Below the pieces are notes generated by a model. It was not told the DNA's origin and ran no database searches. It saw only the letters and a program-made list of their open reading frames with translations. Below are positions 19,007-26,134 of a DNA stretch of 64,000 bases, piece after piece. The stretch lies in the NCBI GenBank assembly GCA_919902105.1, contig CAKKQO010000017.1:3305-67304 (forward strand). The letters are read 5' to 3'. Within the stretch, counting starts at the first letter, position 1, and every line of letters begins with the position of its first letter. The position numbers and the translations under genes were made by a program. Origin of the DNA: Omnitrophica bacterium GWA2_41_15. Its GTDB lineage: Bacteria > Omnitrophota > Gorgyraeia > Ghiorseimicrobiales > Ghiorseimicrobiaceae.

Positions 19007-19459
19007 ATGTTAGAAGAAAAGATTTTAGCTGATTATAAGCAGGCAATGAAAAATAGGGATAGATTGCGTTCCTCTGTGCTTAGTTTCTTACGTTCAAGCC
19101 TAAAAAATTTAGCTATAGATAAAAGAAAAGATATGCTCTCTGATGAAGAGGTTATTTCAGTCATAAAAAAACAGATTAAGCAGAGGGAAGATTCTATTGA
19201 ACAGTTTAAGCGGGGCGGCAGGACTGATTTATCCGAAAAAGAAACAAAAGAGAAAGAAATTTTGGAATCATACCTTCCGGAGCAGTTAGGCGAAGAGAAA
19301 ATCCGCGCCATCGTTGACGAGATAGTTGTCTCTTTGGGCGGTACTGCCTCAATGGTAGATATGGGCAAGGTAATGAAAGAAGTGATGGCCAAAGTCGGCG
19401 CCTCTAGCGACGGGAAAATTGTAAGTTCTATTGTCAAAGATCGCCTGCAGAAGAAGTAA
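19007..19459 (+). CDS. GatB/YqeY domain protein
   Basis: About 150 aa. LEEKILADYKQAMKNRD...LSDEEVISVIKKQIKQREDSIEQF...LPEQL pattern typical of YqeY. Confidence 0.8.
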   Translation: MLEEKILADYKQAMKNRDRLRSSVLSFLRSSLKNLAIDKRKDMLSDEEVISVIKKQIKQREDSIEQFKRGGRTDLSEKETKEKEILESYLPEQLGEEKIRAIVDEIVVSLGGTASMVDMGKVMKEVMAKVGASSDGKIVSSIVKDRLQKK

Positions 19460-19528
19460 TTAATAATAACTGCCTGCCGCGTGATATCAAAAAGGATAGC
19501 ATTTATCTAAAAAATATTGGAGGTGACA

Positions 19529-19918
19529 ATGGGCAATAGAATTTTGGTATTAATTTTGATAAGTTTTTTGTTAATGAATGTATGCGGTTGTGTGGCAATT
19601 TTAGCCGGCACTGCCGGAGGCGTAGGCACAGCGGCTTGGCTTTCGGGAAAATTGACGCAGGATGTAAATGCGCCGTTTGAGCACGTTATTAAAGCCGCCA
19701 AATCTGCCTTAGAGTCGCTTAAATTGACGGTTGAAAAAGAAACTGTTGAGAAAAACTCCGGCCAGATTATCAGTAAATATTCTGACGGGAAAAATATCTG
19801 GATTGATATACACCGTCTTACTCCTACCAGGTCAAGGATTGAAATCCGTGTAGGTGTAGTCAGCCCGGACAAAGAAGCCGCCGATAAAATACTAAAGGCA
19901 ATAATTAAATATTTATAA
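19529..19918 (+). CDS. Lipoprotein, DUF3568-like
   Basis: ATG 19529 after GGAGG. Signal peptide with lipobox-like NVCGC. C-terminal IEIRVG pattern. Confidence 0.55.
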   Translation: MGNRILVLILISFLLMNVCGCVAILAGTAGGVGTAAWLSGKLTQDVNAPFEHVIKAAKSALESLKLTVEKETVEKNSGQIISKYSDGKNIWIDIHRLTPTRSRIEIRVGVVSPDKEAADKILKAIIKYL

Positions 19919-19922
19919 TATT

Positions 19923-20108
19923 GAGAAACGTAAAACTAATGGAACTTCTTCGCACACGAAATTTTTTGCCGTCTATTTCGGTTTACGTCTTTAGGTGTTA
20001 CGCTCCATAGAAGATTGTCGCTACACCTTCGCCGTAATTCCTCATAGACTTTTGCCAAAAGATTTCTTATTGTGTGCTTTCAGAAATTCCATTAGTTTTG
20101 CGTACCTC
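19923..20108. mobile_element. 186-bp rod-like palindromic element E2 (MITE-like), intergenic
   Basis: Arms GAGAAACGTAAAACTAATGGAACTTCT...GCACAC (19923-19957) and GTGTGC...AGAAATTCCATTAGTTTTGCGTACCTC (20072-20108). Pairing continues inward (GTCTAT/ATAGAC, GGTGT/ACACC). Confidence 0.45.
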
Positions 20109-20127
20109 TATAGATAGTTTAATCAGC

Positions 20128-21252
20128 ATGATTAAAAAAGAAAGGTTAATTAAGCTCACGCGGGATTTAATCCGCATAAATTCCGAAAATCCGCCAGGAA
20201 ATGAAGTAATTATTGCTGAGTTTGTAAAGAGGCACTTAGAAAAATCTGGATTAAAAACCAAGGTTTACGAGTTTAAGAAAAACAGATCTAACGTGCTGGC
20301 AAATTTAGGCGGCAAGAGCGATAAAACCCTGCTGATTTCTCCGCATTTAGATACGGTCCCAGCAGGTAAAAATTGGAAACACGAGCCATTTTCTGCAACG
20401 ATAGAGAAAGGCAGAATTTATGGCCAGGGCGCGACAGATTGTAAATGCAACTTAGCTATTGCACTTGAGGCAATAAGAAGCCTTTGTGAAGAAAAAATAA
20501 AGCCGCAATGCAATCTACTTTTTGTGGCATCGGCTGACGAAGAAGCCGGCAGTAAATACGGCCTAATACCTTTATTAGAGAAAAAAATAATTAGCCCGGA
20601 TTTTGCCTTAGCATTGGATTCCGATGAATTTAATATTGTGGTTTCACAGAAAGGCCTGATGCATTTTAAGGTAAAGATATTTGGTAAAACTGCTCACGGC
20701 GCATATCCTGAAAGGGGCATAAATGCAATTGAAATTGCCAGCCGCATAATCTGCGCTTTAAAGGAAAACAAATTTAAGTACAAGGCATTCCCATTACTTA
20801 AAGGCCCGACGGTAAATATCGGTAAGATTTCCGGCGGGGAAAAGGTAAACATCGTCGCTGGCTTCTGTGAGTTTGAAGTGGACTTAAGGTATTTGCCCGG
20901 GATGAACAAGGATGAAATTATAGGCCAGATAGAAAAGATAATCGCAAAATTCGCAAAGAGGTTTCGTATTGAATTTGACGATATTCAAAATCCTTATACA
21001 ATAGATAAAAAACATCCTTTAGTGTATTCGTTAATCGCGGCGGCAGGAGAGATAGAAATCAAGCCGCAGATAAAGGGTTCAGCAGGGGCAACAGTTATTA
21101 CTTTTTTTCGCCAGCACAATATACCGGCAATCAGTTTTGGCTGCGGCAATTCCGGATGCGCGCATGCAAGCGATGAATATGTAAAAATCGATAATCTTTA
21201 CAAAGGAGCAAAAATATTGGAGGTTTTCCTAAAAAATGGTTTGCTGAGGTAA
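20128..21252 (+). CDS. M20 family metallopeptidase (ArgE/DapE-type deacylase)
   Basis: ATG 20128. LISPHLDTVPAG, GRIYGQGATDCKCNLA and ADEEAGS motifs. The upstream part of the track ORF lies on element E2. Confidence 0.8.
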   Translation: MIKKERLIKLTRDLIRINSENPPGNEVIIAEFVKRHLEKSGLKTKVYEFKKNRSNVLANLGGKSDKTLLISPHLDTVPAGKNWKHEPFSATIEKGRIYGQGATDCKCNLAIALEAIRSLCEEKIKPQCNLLFVASADEEAGSKYGLIPLLEKKIISPDFALALDSDEFNIVVSQKGLMHFKVKIFGKTAHGAYPERGINAIEIASRIICALKENKFKYKAFPLLKGPTVNIGKISGGEKVNIVAGFCEFEVDLRYLPGMNKDEIIGQIEKIIAKFAKRFRIEFDDIQNPYTIDKKHPLVYSLIAAAGEIEIKPQIKGSAGATVITFFRQHNIPAISFGCGNSGCAHASDEYVKIDNLYKGAKILEVFLKNGLLR

Positions 21253-21255
21253 GAA

Positions 21256-21933
21256 ATGAGAAAGACAATATTATTTTTATCCTGGTTAATTTTTTACGTA
21301 GGTTCTGCCTATGCCGTGCCGATGAAAGGGCCGTATTTTTTAAAACAAGGCCAAATTGAGGTAGGCGTTGAGGCAAATTTTGTCGCCAGGCGCGATATTG
21401 AGGATATTACTACAAACATCCAAAGCAGCCAATTTTTTTATTGCATGGCCTTTGGTTTGTTTGACTGGTTAAATATCGAGGCAAAGTATGGCTCAGGCGA
21501 TATTAAGAACGATCAATATAATGACCAGAAATTTTATTATAATTACAACTGGGGCGGCGGATACGGCTTAAGAATAAAGGCATATGAAAACCATAAAATG
21601 AAAATTATCTTAGGGGCTCATCATATTAGTATCCATCCTGACCCGAACAAAAATACGGATAATTCAACCCATCGCGTAATTTTAGACGAAACGCAGTCCG
21701 ATATAACTTTAAGCCTAAAAGGAGAAAGGTTTAGCCCATACGCAGGCGCAAAAGTCGGGCATACCCGCCTTATCCGGCGCATAAATTCTGAGCGCGCGAC
21801 ATTACGCTCGGAAGAAAATTACGGTTTTGCTTTAGGGTTTGATTATATGTTTAAGAAAAACGTGCGTTTTAATTTTGAAGGCCGCTTCGTCGATGAATAC
21901 GCTTTGACCTCGAGCGTAAGCTACATATTTTAA
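21256..21933 (+). CDS. Putative outer-membrane beta-barrel protein
   Basis: 225 aa. Signal peptide (..GSAYA), alternating amphipathic strands, C-terminal ...SVSYIF. Confidence 0.5.
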   Translation: MRKTILFLSWLIFYVGSAYAVPMKGPYFLKQGQIEVGVEANFVARRDIEDITTNIQSSQFFYCMAFGLFDWLNIEAKYGSGDIKNDQYNDQKFYYNYNWGGGYGLRIKAYENHKMKIILGAHHISIHPDPNKNTDNSTHRVILDETQSDITLSLKGERFSPYAGAKVGHTRLIRRINSERATLRSEENYGFALGFDYMFKKNVRFNFEGRFVDEYALTSSVSYIF

Positions 21934-22047
21934 ATGAAGCCACAAGTTAGGGAACGTAAGTCGACATAACTTGTCTGGCTGAATTTATCCCGCCGAATAC
22001 CATAAAATTCTCTATTGATAATTTTATGGTATCTTATGAGGCGGGAG
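21934..22047 (-). repeat. Nested-hairpin boundary element (BH family), copy G, stop-codon-abutting orientation
   Basis: TAAATGAAG + AGCCACAAGTTA...TAACTTGTCTGGCT hairpin + GAATTT + ATCCCGCC[ACCATAAAATT...AATTTTATGGT]GGCGGGA. Confidence 0.7.
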
Positions 22048-22076
22048 AGCGTTTTATGTTCCGCTAATCCTAAAAT

Positions 22077-22673
22077 ATGCAAATAATTATAATTTTAGGC
22101 ATCCTTCTGGCGTTAGTGAGCTTAGCTTTGCTGAAGCTATTGATGTTACGGCGCAGGTTCTGGATAGGAGTTTGTTTTATCCTTATTTTATTGCTTGGGT
22201 TAGTGTTAAGTTTTATCGGCTATTTGTTTAGCCCATACCGTATATTTGACGAAAATAAACCCGTAGCTTTAATTGAGTCAACGCCAGTCAAGGCCGAGAT
22301 TTATGACGCAGTGCTGGCAATAAAACACCTAACTAATCCTAAAAGCCGCAGGCCAGAAAAATTTCTGCTTACGGGGAATCGATGGATAATTGAGGGTAAT
22401 ATTCTAAAAGTAAAATTAAATAAAGGTGAGATTAATTTATATAGAATAGCGCGCATAAGAAGCGGCTATATTAATCCGGGAAACCTTAGGCCTTTTCCGG
22501 AATTAGCTTATAATTTATCTAAGCGCAGAGATATATTGGGGGATTTTTTAAATAAGCAAAAATTAGATTTTATAGAAGCATTTACCGGGACAGTTAGCTA
22601 TCGCAGCGGCGATGAAAAAGCCGAGTTTTATTTGTATGCTGCAGATAGCGGATTCAGGCTAGAGAAGGAATGA
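22077..22673 (+). CDS. Hypothetical membrane protein
   Basis: 198-aa ORF with two N-terminal TM helices. No motif recognised. Confidence 0.35.
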   Translation: MQIIIILGILLALVSLALLKLLMLRRRFWIGVCFILILLLGLVLSFIGYLFSPYRIFDENKPVALIESTPVKAEIYDAVLAIKHLTNPKSRRPEKFLLTGNRWIIEGNILKVKLNKGEINLYRIARIRSGYINPGNLRPFPELAYNLSKRRDILGDFLNKQKLDFIEAFTGTVSYRSGDEKAEFYLYAADSGFRLEKE

Positions 22674-23302
22674 TTACGCAAAAAACAGGAATAGAGATTA
22701 AGGCGATATTGTTTGATCTAGGTAATGTCACGGTAAATTTTAACCATTATTTAGCCGTTGAAAGGATAAAAAATTTTACGGATAAAAGCGGCGATGAAAT
22801 TTATCGGTTATTTTTTGATTCTGACCTTACCGGCTTATTTGAAGAAGGAAAACTTAAGCCTTATGAATTTTACCGTAAGGTAAAGGAACTTCTAAAAGTT
22901 AAAATTAGCTACGAAGAATTTGTGCCTATCTGGAATGAGATATTTTTTATTAGCGAAGATAACCTAAAAATGCACGCCCTGATTAAAAAATTCAGAGAAA
23001 AATTTACGGTGGTGTTAATTTCCAATATCAATAAGTTGCACTATGATTATTTGATAAAAAAATATGATATATTTGAAGAGTTTGATAAACATATACTTTC
23101 CTACGAAGTAGGTGCGCGTAAGCCGGCTACTTTAATTTATAAAGCAGCACTTAGGGATGCAGACGCAGATATTAAAGATGTGGTTTATATCGACGATAGG
23201 GAAGATTTAGTCAAGCAGGGTAACGCCTTGGGGATAAAGAGCATATGTTTTAAAAATTATCCGGCCCTTGTAGAAAGTTTAGGCGCCCTGGGGTTAATAT
23301 AA
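22670..23302 (+). CDS. HAD-superfamily hydrolase (subfamily IA-like)
   Basis: 210 aa. Motif I AILFDLGNV, motif II ISN, C-terminal YIDDRE. Confidence 0.7.
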   Translation: MITQKTGIEIKAILFDLGNVTVNFNHYLAVERIKNFTDKSGDEIYRLFFDSDLTGLFEEGKLKPYEFYRKVKELLKVKISYEEFVPIWNEIFFISEDNLKMHALIKKFREKFTVVLISNINKLHYDYLIKKYDIFEEFDKHILSYEVGARKPATLIYKAALRDADADIKDVVYIDDREDLVKQGNALGIKSICFKNYPALVESLGALGLI

Positions 23303-23304
23303 GG

Positions 23305-23440
23305 ATTTGCGGCATCGAGAAAAATCTAATCGCCAGCCGGCAGATTTTTCTTGCGTCGCAAAAGTATTTGCGACATCAAGCAAAAAATTTACGCCAGTTG
23401 GCATTTTTTGCTTGACAACAACTATATCTTGTGTTAACTT
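23305..23440 (+). promoter_or_regulatory. Promoter-carrying hairpin repeat (P family), copy P1 with duplicated unit; TTGACA-17-TAACTT
   Basis: GAAAAATCT-aatcgccagccggc-AGATTTTTC, TCGCAAA-agta-TTTGCGA, CATC, GCAAAAAAT-ttacgccagttggc-ATTTTTTGC, then TTGACA 23412-23417 and TAACTT 23435-23440. Confidence 0.55.
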
Positions 23441-23531
23441 TAAAGTATAAACGCAAGAAATAGTTGTGGAAAACTATAAGTATAAATAAACGGGGGTAAG
23501 AAGACAAAATTGAAAAACGAGTAAATTTTAA

Positions 23532-23562
23532 AGAGGCCAAAAAATAAAGGGCCTCTTTTTTT
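23532..23562 (+). terminator. Intrinsic terminator-like hairpin inside the leader between promoter P1 and the ATP-grasp gene
   Basis: AGAGGCC-aaaaaataaag-GGCCTCT followed by a T run. Confidence 0.7.
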
Positions 23563-23621
23563 GTGATACTTTGGCTTTAGTTAGAATGGTTTGCTACTAA
23601 GAAAGAGAGAATCTTGCAATT

Positions 23622-24620
23622 ATGGCTTTAAAAGTTGGCTTAACTTACGATTTAAGAATTGATCGTCCTGTCCAGAAGGGAGAGCCACAGGATATTAACG
23701 CGGAATTTGATTTCGAAGAAACAGTTAATAATATCGCCGCCTCCATCGAGACGGGCGGCCATAAAGTGATTAAGATAGGCGGAGTGAAAAACCTGCTGAA
23801 TATGTCCGATGGCATTAAAAATAAAGTCGATATAGTTTTTAATATTTGCGAAGGCTATCTTGGCAGAAACAGGGAAGCGCAGGTTCCGGTAATTTTAGAG
23901 ATGTTGGGCGTGCCTTTTGTGGGGTCGGATGGTTTGACCTTAAGTCTTGCTTTGGATAAAGTAATGACGAAAAAAGTGCTTATATCTGAAGGGATTCCTA
24001 CGCCTAAGTATTTTGTGGTAAACAGCTACGATAGTGCATATAATTTAGACCATCTAAACTTTCCATTGATTGCAAAATTAAGATATGAAGGGGCATCAAA
24101 AGGCATAACAGAAAAATCACGCGTAGAAGATACTAAAGAATTAAAAACGCAGATAGATTACCTTGTTTCTAATTATAAGCAGGCGGTATTGGTAGAAGAG
24201 TTTATCAGGGGCCTTGAATTTACGGTGCCGATTATCGGCAATGAAAAGGCGGAAGTTTTCCCGCCCGCGCAGGTGCATATCGATAACAATGTTGATTTGG
24301 GAGACCAGTTTTACACTTTTGATTTTATCGCCTCAGATAGGTTAGGCTATGTTTATCCGGCAAAGATTCCTAAAAAATTGCAAGAGAAGTTATGCAGTTT
24401 AGCGCTAGCGACCTATAAAGCAGTAGACTGCCGCGATTTCGGCAGGGTGGATTTCCGCCTAGACTATGAAGGCAATCCTTATGTTTTAGAGATTAACCCA
24501 TTACCATCGCTTGCATTGAAAGATGTGTATAAGTTGGTTGCGGATTATAAAAGAGTTCCATATCAAAAGATAATTAACCGTATATTGGATGCGGGGATTA
24601 AAAGATATAATTTAAATTAG
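23622..24620 (+). CDS. ATP-grasp ligase of the D-alanine--D-alanine ligase family
   Basis: 332 aa. Ddl-like layout (GVPFVGS, PLIAKLRYEGASKGI, LVEEFIRG.EF, DFGRVDFRLD, LEINPLP). Confidence 0.75.
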   Translation: MALKVGLTYDLRIDRPVQKGEPQDINAEFDFEETVNNIAASIETGGHKVIKIGGVKNLLNMSDGIKNKVDIVFNICEGYLGRNREAQVPVILEMLGVPFVGSDGLTLSLALDKVMTKKVLISEGIPTPKYFVVNSYDSAYNLDHLNFPLIAKLRYEGASKGITEKSRVEDTKELKTQIDYLVSNYKQAVLVEEFIRGLEFTVPIIGNEKAEVFPPAQVHIDNNVDLGDQFYTFDFIASDRLGYVYPAKIPKKLQEKLCSLALATYKAVDCRDFGRVDFRLDYEGNPYVLEINPLPSLALKDVYKLVADYKRVPYQKIINRILDAGIKRYNLN

Positions 24621-24626
24621 AATGTA

Positions 24627-24767
24627 CTCCGCCTCATAGGATGCCCTAAAATTTTCGTGCGATAATTTTAGGGCATTCGGCGGAGTTAATCCCGCGAGAA
24701 GCGGGATCAATTCCGGCATATAACTTATGAGCGCTTCGTTCCATAAGTTATGCCGTCATTGAGGAGG
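24627..24767 (+). repeat. Nested-hairpin boundary element (BH family), copy A, start-codon-abutting orientation
   Basis: CTCCGCC[ATGCCCTAAAATT...AATTTTAGGGCAT]GGCGGAG, ATCCCGC-gagaa-GCGGGAT, CAATTCC, GGCATATAACTTATG...CATAAGTTATGCC, GTCATTGAGGAGG, then TTG start 24773. Confidence 0.75.
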
Positions 24768-24772
24768 ATAAA

Positions 24773-25957
24773 TTGGCCAATAACCAGCAGGTTTTAGAAA
24801 AACCGCAGGCACAAACAGAAAATATTTCTGCGCTTCCTAGCCGGCGCAGGACTTTTCCCATCGATTATAGCGAGCTCAGCCTTTTTAAAGATGTCTCCCC
24901 TTTAGAATGGGAAGATTGGCATTGGCAGATAAAAAATAGTATTCATACCAAAGACCATCTTTCTCAGATTATTCAATTGACGCCACAGGAAGAAGAAGGT
25001 ATACGCCGCAGCCGCGGCCGCTTAGCGGTTTCCATTACTCCTTATTGGGCAACGTTGATAGATTCAGAAGATCCGCAGTGCCCAATAAGGCGCCAGGCCG
25101 TTCCTTTAGCCGATGAATTTAATATCGGCCCGCATGAGATGGCGGACCCTTGCGCAGAAGACAGGGATTCCCCTGTGCCCGGCTTAGTCCATCGTTATCC
25201 GGACAGAGTTCTATTGCTGGTAACTGAGCAGTGCGCAATGTATTGCCGGCATTGCACACGACGCAGGATTGTCGGCGAGAAAGAACACAGAGGCCTTGAT
25301 TTAAATAAGGCAGTAGAATATATCAAAGCAAACCATAAAATCCGCGATGTGCTTATTTCCGGCGGAGACCCTTTTATGCTTGAGGATGATGATTTGGAAA
25401 AAGTTATTCAAGCCGTCCGCGGCATCTCGCATGTGGAATTTTTGCGTATCGGAACACGTGTTCCGGTAACGCTTCCCCAGCGGATTAGCGAAAAATTAGT
25501 CATAATGCTTAAGAAATACTCGCCCCTATGGATAAGCCTGCATTTTAATCATCCCCGCGAAATCACTAAAAGAGTTAAGCAGGCAATGGCGATGCTGGCG
25601 GATTCCGGCTTTCCTTTAGGGTCGCAGACGGTGCTATTAAAAGGGATTAATGATAAACCGTATATTATGCGCAAGCTTATGCATGAATTGCTGAAAGTGA
25701 GGGTGCGGCCATATTATATTTATCAGTGTGACCCTGTCAAAGGCACTGCGCATTTTAGGACGCCCGTTGCCGTGGGCATAAACATAATTGAAAAGATGCG
25801 CGGCTATACCTCAGGATATGCAGTTCCTACCTATGTGGTAGACGCACCCGGCGGAGGCGGAAAAATACCCGTCGGGCCGAATTACCTTCTTTCTCAGGAT
25901 AAAGGGCGTTATACCCTAAGAAACTACAAAGGCAAAATATATACTTATATTGAATAA
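24773..25957 (+). CDS. kamA: Lysine 2,3-aminomutase (KamA-family radical SAM enzyme)
   Basis: 394 aa. CAMYCRHCTRR radical-SAM cluster, WEDWHWQ N-terminal block, ITPYWATL and SGGDPF blocks as in KamA. TTG start. Confidence 0.85.
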   Translation: MANNQQVLEKPQAQTENISALPSRRRTFPIDYSELSLFKDVSPLEWEDWHWQIKNSIHTKDHLSQIIQLTPQEEEGIRRSRGRLAVSITPYWATLIDSEDPQCPIRRQAVPLADEFNIGPHEMADPCAEDRDSPVPGLVHRYPDRVLLLVTEQCAMYCRHCTRRRIVGEKEHRGLDLNKAVEYIKANHKIRDVLISGGDPFMLEDDDLEKVIQAVRGISHVEFLRIGTRVPVTLPQRISEKLVIMLKKYSPLWISLHFNHPREITKRVKQAMAMLADSGFPLGSQTVLLKGINDKPYIMRKLMHELLKVRVRPYYIYQCDPVKGTAHFRTPVAVGINIIEKMRGYTSGYAVPTYVVDAPGGGGKIPVGPNYLLSQDKGRYTLRNYKGKIYTYIE

Positions 25958-26007
25958 ATCAAGATACTTTATAGGTGTATTTTTTGTTTTATAGCTACAT
26001 TTATTTA

Positions 26008-26036
26008 TTGACTCCTGCCAAGCTTTGTTTTATAAT
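26008..26036 (+). promoter_or_regulatory. Sigma-70-type promoter TTGACT-17-TATAAT upstream of the EF-G-like gene
   Basis: TTGACT 26008-26013, TATAAT 26031-26036. Confidence 0.6.
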
Positions 26037-26134
26037 ATTAACAGTTTCTTAGTAAGCTCATCATTGAATTAAATCCCGCATTGGACTAAATAAACACACC
26101 AAAAATTTTGGTTTAAAATGAGGGTTTAAGTAAA

